53,755 nucleotides of DNA from the NCBI GenBank assembly GCA_021810375.1, contig JAJZJB010000001.1:1-53755 (forward strand), given 5' to 3'. Source of the DNA: Candidatus Micrarchaeota archaeon. GTDB taxonomy: Archaea; Micrarchaeota; Micrarchaeia; Micrarchaeales; CABMGC01. Below, one piece after another: positions 46,415 to 53,755 of this stretch. The notes beneath the pieces are model-generated. The model was not told where the DNA came from, searched no databases, and was given only the letters and a program-made list of their open reading frames with translations. The position numbers were made by a program, and so were the translations under genes. The stretch's first letter is position 1; every line of letters starts with the position of its first letter.

Positions 46415-47179
46415 TCAGAAGCTGCCCATCTCGTCTTCAAGATCCTGAACTTCCTCGGCCCTCCTCTGCACGTAAGTCGTCCTATGCAGCAGGTAATCGG
46501 TTATCTCACGGGAAGGTCTGACTGCAGCAGGATCCCTTCCGAGCATCTTCGAGAGCCGCATCTCTTCAAGCATGGGATTAACAAGCATGAGCACGTTCTT
46601 CCTGAGTTCCTGAACCTCTGCTGCCCTGGAATATTCATGTATCTTGAAGTATATGTTCCCAAGTTCCTTCTGGTCCTCTGCAATTGAGAGCATGGCACCG
46701 GCAAGTTTTATGGCGTTCTTGGCCTCGAGCGCATTTGTCGCTTCCTCAAATTGCCTTGAAACATGACCTAGCAGGGACCTCTTCCTCGACTCTGCCGATA
46801 TTCCAGGATCTTCTTCGCGCTTGAGGAGCTTCCAGCTTTGAGGAAGATCAATTGTCTGTCGGGTTGGGCGACGCGTCAGTGACCCTGTGCCATTGTTGTC
46901 TGGCGCCTTTGATAGCCTCTCTTTCGTATGGGTTGATTGTGCTGTTTCTGTGGCGTGGGTCTTCCGTTCGGATTCTTGCCTTTTTATGCCATATCTCTTG
47001 CATGCACCGTATACGCTTGACTTGGCAACGCCGAGGGTTTCCGCAATCTCGCGCACAGATATTCCAGTATCCAAGAGTTCCTGAAGCGACTGCGGGTCTA
47101 TCTTCCTGCGTGTGGATCCGCGTGGACGAGTCTCAGCAACAGTGACCGCCTTGCCAACAAATGCAATAGTACCTCCCAG
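46415..47179 (-). CDS. Paralog of the downstream HTH protein (one HTH); possible CTG start
   Basis: SVREIAETLGVAKSSVYGACKRYGI. The frame stays open upstream of the TTG at 47074 to a CTG at 47179 behind a GGTGA SD. Confidence 0.65.
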   Translation of the reverse strand: MGGTIAFVGKAVTVAETRPRGSTRRKIDPQSLQELLDTGISVREIAETLGVAKSSVYGACKRYGIKRQESERKTHATETAQSTHTKERLSKAPDNNGTGSLTRRPTRQTIDLPQSWKLLKREEDPGISAESRKRSLLGHVSRQFEEATNALEAKNAIKLAGAMLSIAEDQKELGNIYFKIHEYSRAAEVQELRKNVLMLVNPMLEEMRLSKMLGRDPAAVRPSREITDYLLHRTTYVQRRAEEVQDLEDEMGSF

Positions 47180-47233
47180 AGTATCACCGAATGCGTGTTT
47201 AGAGTATAATAGCCATATTGCTTCCGTGGAGAC

Positions 47234-48481
47234 TCATTCTTTGATCCTGAGGACTTTCCTTACCTTTGATATGGCATCTACGGCCCTGTCTACTTCCTCT
47301 TCCATGTTATATAGGTAGAAACTCATCCGCGCAACAGAGGTCTCGTCAAGGACCTGATTGACAAGAGGCATTGCGCAATGATGGCCTGCCCTTATTGCTA
47401 TGCCCTCGCTGTCGAATATTGTTGCCACGTCATGTGGGTGCGCTCCGGCTATATTGAATGAGACTACCCCTCCGCGCTTATCTGCATCCCTGACTCCCGG
47501 GCCGTATACCTTGACCCCTTTGACCTCCTCCAGGCGCTTCAGGGCATATCTTGCAATTTTCATCTCATGCTCGCGGATCCTCCGCATGCCTATCCTTTCA
47601 AGATACTCTATTGCCGCAGCGAGTCCCACTCCGCCTTCCATGTTTGGGGTGCCGGATTCAAATTTCCATGGGAGCTCGTTCCAGTCAGCAGAATCAAATG
47701 TAACGCTCCGTATCATGTCGCTGCCGACTATTGCAGGGGTGATTGACTCAAGGAGCTGGTCCTTTCCGTAGAGCACCCCGACCCCGGCAGGGCCCAGCAT
47801 CTTATGGCTCGAGAATGCAAGGAAATCGCAGTCTATGTCCTTTACATCGACGGGCATGTGAGGCACTGACTGCGCTGCGTCTATCAAAACCAGTGCGCCA
47901 GCCTTGTGCGCAAGCCTTGCCATCTCCTTGGCATTGTTTATGGTGCCGAGCACATTCGATGCGTGCGTTATCGCAACCATCTTTGGCCCGTGCTCCAGCT
48001 TCTCCTTGAAGTCGTCCATGTCGACGAATGACTTGTCCTTGAGCCTCGCATGCTCCAATATTGCCTTCTTCCTCTTTGCAAGCATGAGCCACGGAACTAT
48101 GTTGCTGTGGTGCTCCATGTCAGTTATCAGTATGCGGTCCCCCTTTCCAATGTTAGGCTCGCCCCATGACAGCGCAACTATGTTTATCGCGTCGGTAGTA
48201 TTCCTGCAATAGATTATGTCGCGGTATGATTCCGCGTTTATCAGTTTTGCAGAGAGCTCCTTGGAGCGCTGGTACTCTTCGGTAGATTTCATTGACAATT
48301 CGTAAAGGCCGCGATGTATGTTGGCATTGAACGTCTTGTAGTATTCGCTTACCCTGTTTATCACATAGAGGGGCTTCTGCGACGTGGCAGCGCTGTCCAG
48401 GTATACCAGTGGCTTTCCATGGTTTGTGGTGGAAAGTATGGGAAAGTCCTTCCTTATATCGGTTACATCAAGGTCAGCCAA
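47234..48481 (-). CDS. sufS: Cysteine desulfurase SufS
   Basis: YLDSAATSQKP, EHHSNIVPW, SSHKMLGP, RAGHHCA. Confidence 0.96.
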   Translation of the reverse strand: MADLDVTDIRKDFPILSTTNHGKPLVYLDSAATSQKPLYVINRVSEYYKTFNANIHRGLYELSMKSTEEYQRSKELSAKLINAESYRDIIYCRNTTDAINIVALSWGEPNIGKGDRILITDMEHHSNIVPWLMLAKRKKAILEHARLKDKSFVDMDDFKEKLEHGPKMVAITHASNVLGTINNAKEMARLAHKAGALVLIDAAQSVPHMPVDVKDIDCDFLAFSSHKMLGPAGVGVLYGKDQLLESITPAIVGSDMIRSVTFDSADWNELPWKFESGTPNMEGGVGLAAAIEYLERIGMRRIREHEMKIARYALKRLEEVKGVKVYGPGVRDADKRGGVVSFNIAGAHPHDVATIFDSEGIAIRAGHHCAMPLVNQVLDETSVARMSFYLYNMEEEVDRAVDAISKVRKVLRIKE

Positions 48482-48485
48482 GCGA

Positions 48486-49211
48486 TCACTTTGCTTCGTA
48501 TCCTTCCTTCTCTATCGTCTCTATGAGTTCCTTGCCGCCTTCCCGGATTATCTTGCCATCGTGCATCACGTGTATGAACTGCGGTGACATATAATTCAGT
48601 ATCCTGCTGTAGTGGGTTATGACAAGAAGGCCGTTATTAGTTTTCTTCTGCTGCTCGATTATGCTCTGGGCCACTAGCCTGACCGCATCTACGTCAAGTC
48701 CGGAGTCGGGCTCATCGAGTATTGCAAGCCTGGGCTTCAGCACAGACATCTGCAGTATCTCGGTCTTCTTTTTCTCCCCGCCGGAGAAGCCGTAATTTAG
48801 CGACCTTCCGATAAGGTCTTCCTTGATCTTCAGCTTTGTTGATGTATCCTTGACCTCGGTCATGAAATCCTTGAACGACTGGGAAGTGCCAGACGCTCCT
48901 CTTGCCGTGTTCAGGAAATTCATCAGTCCCAGGCCCTCTATCTCTGTAGGGTTCTGGAATTGCAGGAATATGCCTTTCTTGGAGCGCTCGTTAGGCTTCA
49001 GGTCCTTTATGCTCTCTCCGTCGAGCAGTATGTCTCCATGGGTTATCTTGAGCTGCGGATGCCCCATTATGGCCTTTGCAAGAGTCGTCTTTCCGGACCC
49101 ATTCGGCCCCATAAGCACATGCTGCTCATTATCCCTTATGGTCAGCGTGACTCCCTTCACTATTTCCTTCCCTTCAGCTTCTACATGCAGGTCTTTTATT
49201 TCCAATAACAT
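48486..49211 (-). CDS. sufC: Fe-S cluster assembly ATPase SufC
   Basis: GPNGSGKT, FSGGEKKK, ILDEPDSGLDVD, ITHY. Confidence 0.96.
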   Translation of the reverse strand: MLLEIKDLHVEAEGKEIVKGVTLTIRDNEQHVLMGPNGSGKTTLAKAIMGHPQLKITHGDILLDGESIKDLKPNERSKKGIFLQFQNPTEIEGLGLMNFLNTARGASGTSQSFKDFMTEVKDTSTKLKIKEDLIGRSLNYGFSGGEKKKTEILQMSVLKPRLAILDEPDSGLDVDAVRLVAQSIIEQQKKTNNGLLVITHYSRILNYMSPQFIHVMHDGKIIREGGKELIETIEKEGYEAK

Positions 49212-49215
49212 ATTC

Positions 49216-50454
49216 TCACCTTGTTGGCCTCGCCACCATCCAGATATTCCTTGGCGTTATCTCTGAGAGTGTGCCGAATGCCTTCTTGTCAAGCTTGTCA
49301 AGCATTATAGACATCGCTATCTCCCTTGCCGATGGACTTGATATCTTTGATATGTATTTTGAGATGAATGCTGAGATAAATAGCTTTCTCGCCTGGGATT
49401 CCTCTATTCCCCTCGAAGTCAGGTAGAATAGCGCATCCTGATCGATAGGCGTTGTTGATGCCGAATGGGATGCCTTGACTTCGTTGCTGTAGTCTATTGA
49501 TAGATCCGGCAGTGCGTCCATGTGCGCATCCTTGCTCATCAGTATGCCTTTCTCAACTATTGTTGAAATTGATCCCCGTGTCTTGTCGGCGACCTTCGCG
49601 AAGCCCTTTAGCATGCACTTTGAGAGATCATCAAGGATGACGCCTGACTCGAGAGAGACAGAGCTATACGGGGTGGAATTTATTATTGCAGTGTCTATAT
49701 CGAATTGCTGTGATGAGATGCCAAAGGCGAGCTCTGTGACCTCTATCCTGCTTGCCTGGCCTTTTGCATTGAGTATCGACCTGGCTTTTGTAGCATTGCT
49801 TCCGCAATATACAGAGTTGAGGTAAAGCTTCGCCTTCTCCTCGGTGCCGCCCTTGCATAGGCTTACAACGGAGGTTTTCTCATTCTCATTATGGAATGCG
49901 TTGATTTCCATTACGGAATTCTCCGCGCATTCTACCTCGTGGAGCACTGAGATTGTTGCACTCTCGGCTGCGCTTGAGAAATAGAATTCTGATACTTCCG
50001 CCTTTGCCGACTCTCCGTTCTTTACGAACACTTCTGTGGAAAGGTGGCCGGTGGTTGCAAACAATATATTCAATGTTGATTTTGCATCCTTCGCCGTATT
50101 TATCTTTATAAAATATTTTGCTTTTGAGTTTATGTATGCGGCAAGCTTATCCTCGCTGCTCTTGAAGCTCTTGTTCTCAAGCGTGCCCTCGTCCGCATCC
50201 TCTGCCTTTGTTACCTGCACGCTAGGATTAGAGCTCCTTGCAAACGAATTTGTCACCACGACATCGAACTTTATTCTTGTCTTTTCGGATATCTGGCTTA
50301 TCATCTTATCTAAGTCTGCGTCCGCATTGCTGCCGCAATTTAGGTTGTCAGGCAGGGCTATAGCCAAGCTATACTTCTTGTACAGTGCATTCGTCTCTAT
50401 CGGCAGAGACTTATAGTACTGCATGGCTTCCTTTACGAATTCCGAATAAGGCAT
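49216..50454 (-). CDS. sufD: Fe-S cluster assembly protein SufD
   Basis: DALPDLSI..NEVKASHSAS, LFYLTSRGI. Confidence 0.9.
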   Translation of the reverse strand: MPYSEFVKEAMQYYKSLPIETNALYKKYSLAIALPDNLNCGSNADADLDKMISQISEKTRIKFDVVVTNSFARSSNPSVQVTKAEDADEGTLENKSFKSSEDKLAAYINSKAKYFIKINTAKDAKSTLNILFATTGHLSTEVFVKNGESAKAEVSEFYFSSAAESATISVLHEVECAENSVMEINAFHNENEKTSVVSLCKGGTEEKAKLYLNSVYCGSNATKARSILNAKGQASRIEVTELAFGISSQQFDIDTAIINSTPYSSVSLESGVILDDLSKCMLKGFAKVADKTRGSISTIVEKGILMSKDAHMDALPDLSIDYSNEVKASHSASTTPIDQDALFYLTSRGIEESQARKLFISAFISKYISKISSPSAREIAMSIMLDKLDKKAFGTLSEITPRNIWMVARPTR

Positions 50455-50470
50455 AAAGATCACGCTGCAA

Positions 50471-53053
50471 TCAGCCGATTCCCTTGCTTGTATCAAGCTT
50501 TATGAGCCTCTTAAGCTCTAGCGAGTACTCGAGAGGCAGCACCTTGGTAAGGTCGTCTATAAATCCGAGGACTATCATTGCTACGGCATCGTCCTCGGAT
50601 ATTCCCCTTGACATTAAGTAGAATATATCATCGTCACTTATCTTTCCAACCTTTGCCTCATGGCTTATCACTGCGTCACTCCTGTTGATCTGATTGTATG
50701 GATATGTATTGGTTTTTGCTTTGTCGTCAAGCAGAAGCGCATCGCATGAAACGTGGGCCTTTGCATTTGCAGCATTCTTTGCAACGTGCATTAGTCCCCT
50801 GAAGGAGGTGACCCCGGTTCCCTTGGAGACGCTCTTCGAGATTATCTTTGAAGTAGTATTTGATGCAAGGTGATAGATCTTCCCGCCAGAATCCTGTATC
50901 TGCCCGTCCCCTGCAATTGCTATTGAGAGCACTTCCCCGCTTGCGCGCTCCCCCATCAGGTAGATTGACGGGTACTTCATGTTGACCTTGCTGCCTATGT
51001 TTGCGTCTATCCACTCTACGCGCGCATCTTTTGAGGCATGGGCACGCTGCGTTACAAGATTGTAGATATTCTTTGACCAGTTCTGGATTGTAACATATCG
51101 TATGTGTGCGCCTTCCAGCGCAACAAGTTCGACGACAGCGGCATGCAGGGAGTCTTTCTTGTATATAGGCGCAGTGCAGTTGTGTACAGCTACACCTTCC
51201 GCAACATAACTTTCGTCTTCCTCAACGCTAAAGTTGTATACAGGAACATCTTTAACATCAGTGGTTTCTATGCTTTTGATAGGTACAAAAGCATAGTTAC
51301 CTATTATTCTCGAATATGAGGTTAATTGCTTTTCGCCAAGCATGTTTAGAAGTTGTAAAGACTGCATGTAGGATTCGCCCACCTTTACAACAGTTTGAAA
51401 TTCTACGAGTTGTGCGAAGGTTCTTAGATACCGGCCGCCAACATATACAGTAAACATAGTGTGTCTCTTTCCAGTTCTTTTTGCCATGTTGATTGATCCA
51501 AAGATATTCAATCTAAGTAGTATATCACGCAGTTGCTTTGCAAGTTTTTGAGAGATGGTATTCATTCTAAACATTCTCTTACTGCCCCAACTGTATTGAG
51601 TATACATGAAGCTTCCATCGCCCCTCCAAAAGCCTTTGATCAATTCGGATTGCTTCCTTTCTGCCTCTTTCATCACCCAATTTGGAATGTGTTTATTTAG
51701 TGCTCCCTTCCCAAATTGCTCTGTAAAGAATTTTGCAACTACAGTAGAACAGAGTATAATAGAGACTCCGTTTTTGTATTCCTTCTGTACTATAGGCTTC
51801 TTGTTGAAGTACTTTTCTATGAGAGAAACAGTATCTTGTATGTAAGCAGTTTCATTTTTATTGAATGTAAAATTAACATAATGTCCGCCAGATATGCTCC
51901 CCTCAGACAAGTAGTATCCGACTAATCTGAAGAAATCAGAATCTGTAGATATGTTTAGTTTTGTAGTATAACTACCCCATCTTCTCTGCATTGGTATCTC
52001 GAACACCATTACTTCTTCGGAATTGACCGTTCTGTCTATGGGTATTGCTAAATAATCGTGAGGATGAAGTTCTTTTGCAGGTATCCACTCGGTAGTCCAG
52101 TTAGTGTTTGTATATTCGGTCGTTGTTCGTCTAACTGCAACAAACGGATGTTCTTCAGTAACATTTATTTCTGTCGATGCATCCCCAAAATACTTTATTC
52201 TGTATAACTTTCCAGAATAGGGTCTCTTTTGAACGTGATAAACTTTCCTGTGTCTTGCATTATGCGTTAGGACCTGATCATTTACTTTTATATCTTCTAT
52301 GCTTTTTTCTCCGCTATCAGTAATTACCTTGGCGCCAGCAGTAAAGCAACCCTCGAGATAGGTTACATCTGCACCCTCGTCTGCAATGATAAGCGTTCTC
52401 TCGAATTGGCCAGCGTTCATTGCATTGATCCTGAAATATGCGTTGAGCGGCATCGGTACCTTCACCCCCTTTGGCACATAGATGAAACTGCCTCCTGACC
52501 AGACTGCGGTGTTCAGCGCCGCGAACTTGTTGTCCGTAGGCGGTATTATTGTCCCCCAGTACTTCTTGAATAGTTCAGGGTACTTCTTTATTGCGGTGTC
52601 TGTGTCAGTGAATATTATTCCGAGCCTGTTGAGCTCCTCATTCACGTGCGAGTATACGACTCCGCTGTCGAACTGCGCCTCTGCGCCCGAGAAGAACTTC
52701 CTCTCTGCCTCGGGGACTCCAAGCTTGTCGAACGTGTCCTTGATCTCCTTCGGGACGTCCTCCCACTTGTTTGATTCCTTCATCTTAGGCATAAGGTAGT
52801 AGTAGTATTCTGCGAAGTCGATCGCGTTTAGGTCCGCGCCCCAGTTCGGCATGGGCTTGCTCTCGAAGACCCTGAATCCGGTGAGTCTCTTCTCAAGCAT
52901 CCAGTCCGGCTCGCCCTTGAGCTTTGAGATCTTTCTGACTATGTCTTCCGAGAGCCCTCTTGGAAAACTCTCGTAGTCCACAGTCTTGCTGAACCCGTAC
53001 TTCTCCGCGTATTCGGTGCGGTCTACAACTTCTTCCAATCCTTCGTTTACCAT
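50471..53053 (-). CDS. sufB: Fe-S cluster assembly protein SufB, intein-containing
   Basis: FAALNTAVWSGGSFIYVPKGV, GQFERTLII, YLEG|intein|CTAP, HEAKVGKI, FYLMSRG. Confidence 0.96.
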   Translation of the reverse strand: MVNEGLEEVVDRTEYAEKYGFSKTVDYESFPRGLSEDIVRKISKLKGEPDWMLEKRLTGFRVFESKPMPNWGADLNAIDFAEYYYYLMPKMKESNKWEDVPKEIKDTFDKLGVPEAERKFFSGAEAQFDSGVVYSHVNEELNRLGIIFTDTDTAIKKYPELFKKYWGTIIPPTDNKFAALNTAVWSGGSFIYVPKGVKVPMPLNAYFRINAMNAGQFERTLIIADEGADVTYLEGCFTAGAKVITDSGEKSIEDIKVNDQVLTHNARHRKVYHVQKRPYSGKLYRIKYFGDASTEINVTEEHPFVAVRRTTTEYTNTNWTTEWIPAKELHPHDYLAIPIDRTVNSEEVMVFEIPMQRRWGSYTTKLNISTDSDFFRLVGYYLSEGSISGGHYVNFTFNKNETAYIQDTVSLIEKYFNKKPIVQKEYKNGVSIILCSTVVAKFFTEQFGKGALNKHIPNWVMKEAERKQSELIKGFWRGDGSFMYTQYSWGSKRMFRMNTISQKLAKQLRDILLRLNIFGSINMAKRTGKRHTMFTVYVGGRYLRTFAQLVEFQTVVKVGESYMQSLQLLNMLGEKQLTSYSRIIGNYAFVPIKSIETTDVKDVPVYNFSVEEDESYVAEGVAVHNCTAPIYKKDSLHAAVVELVALEGAHIRYVTIQNWSKNIYNLVTQRAHASKDARVEWIDANIGSKVNMKYPSIYLMGERASGEVLSIAIAGDGQIQDSGGKIYHLASNTTSKIISKSVSKGTGVTSFRGLMHVAKNAANAKAHVSCDALLLDDKAKTNTYPYNQINRSDAVISHEAKVGKISDDDIFYLMSRGISEDDAVAMIVLGFIDDLTKVLPLEYSLELKRLIKLDTSKGIG
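51179..52348 (-). mobile_element. 390-aa intein with LAGLIDADG homing endonuclease in SufB
   Basis: Starts CFTAGAKV and ends VYNFSVEEDESYVAEGVAVHN, followed by +1 Cys. Block B TEEHPF; LAGLIDADG-like LVGYYLSEG and IKGFWRGDG. Visibly AT-richer than the exteins. Confidence 0.95.
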
Positions 53054-53058
53054 TTAAA

Positions 53059-53388
53059 TCACTCAATCTCCGCGCTGGAGAACTTGCAGTCAAATGCGTT
53101 CTCCTTCTTGCAGACAGTACATATGGCGGAGTTTGCATACTTCTTTTCCCCGCCTGCAAGCAGGCTGATCTTGCCTGCTATCCACTCCCTGCTTATCCTG
53201 CTTTCCATGTCCTTGATCCTGTCAGAGTACTTCCCGGAGAGGTACTTGCTGACCGCGGCCTGGGCTATGCCCAGCCTTGCCGCTATCTCCTGCTCCGTGA
53301 GGTGATATCTTTCCTTGAGCTCCTTGGCTATTACCGACCTTGCAGCAGGTATTATCAGTTTCGATGCTCGAGTGTAACCGTTTATCAT
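53059..53388 (-). CDS. HTH transcriptional regulator at the head of the SUF operon, with C-terminal Cys residues
   Basis: IPAARSVIAKEL...LTEQEIAARLGIAQAAVSKYLSG; CTVC...C. Confidence 0.8.
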   Translation of the reverse strand: MINGYTRASKLIIPAARSVIAKELKERYHLTEQEIAARLGIAQAAVSKYLSGKYSDRIKDMESRISREWIAGKISLLAGGEKKYANSAICTVCKKENAFDCKFSSAEIE

Positions 53389-53401
53389 GACTTTCTCCTT
53401 C

Positions 53402-53418
53402 TTATAACTCAGTTATAA
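53402..53418. promoter_or_regulatory. Palindromic operator TTATAACT-C-AGTTATAA upstream of the SUF operon
   Basis: Perfect 8-bp arms, lying between a minus-strand TATATAAAA (~53436-53443) and the regulator's SD/ATG. Confidence 0.65.
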
Positions 53419-53475
53419 TATAGGCCATGAACTGTTTTATATACCTTCGTGGAAGGCAGATATACCATTACTGGC

Positions 53476-53755
53476 TTAGAGGGATGTGGCAGTTAGGGGC
53501 TGTAATGCGCGTTTTCTATCCTTCCCGGGTATTAGAGGTATGAATAGGGCTGACGCTACCCCGAATATCAGCATGGCCCACATTGTTTCGGTGAGGCTCA
53601 CTCCAAGGTAGAGCAGGAGTGACATGATGGCTATGCCTGCCGCGCCTCCCAGTGTGTTGCCTATGCCCCACACCATGCCGTGTGCCGTTGTTGCAATGTC
53701 TTTTGGCACTATCTGGTTAACGTAGCCGAGCAGCACAGGGAATCCGGTAAACGAG
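53476..53755 (-). CDS. C-terminal part of an MFS-type transporter (partial)
   Basis: Hydrophobic helices; GYVNQIVP...AHGMVWGIGNTLGG pattern; runs off the window end. Confidence 0.65.
   Translation of the reverse strand, partial: SFTGFPVLLGYVNQIVPKDIATTAHGMVWGIGNTLGGAAGIAIMSLLLYLGVSLTETMWAMLIFGVASALFIPLIPGKDRKRALQPLTATSL

Overview
Archaeal chromosomal segment, most consistent with a DPANN archaeon of the Micrarchaeota type. This is an inference from the T-loop tRNA intron, the 'AQSAMEYLxTYGWA' class III pilin-like proteins and the divergent core proteins. Positions 1-7350 are an accessory region, mostly AT-richer by eye. It holds a nonsense-disrupted AAA_14/DUF4143-type ATPase, a double Lrp/AsnC regulator facing a cluster of motif-altered nucleotide enzymes (NMP-kinase-like, SAM methyltransferase, NUDIX, a broken second NUDIX, HAM1/ITPase), a truncated DDE transposase and an MNT/HEPN pair. 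The remainder is largely housekeeping: rnp4, tRNA-Leu(CAA) with a 15-nt T-loop intron next to rtcB, GH15, fibrillarin, PMM/PGM, priS, rpl15e-pcc1, rpl3 to rpl29-SUI1, Hel308, sepF, trmJ, rps27ae/rps24e/aIF5A, tandem ftsZ, ogt, DNA ligase, a HemK2-type methyltransferase and a SUF operon with an intein in SufB. Surface and host-interaction genes are interspersed. The most striking element is a 1405-aa class III pilin-like adhesin gene. It is flanked by a 44-bp imperfect direct repeat and built of four Cys-rich domains with an invariant framework and hypervariable, indel-rich loops. Other notable items are a secreted GH76 mannanase, an orphan GAF/PAS histidine kinase, a second pilin with a decayed Gly-rich tail and a tandem pair of novel HTH proteins.
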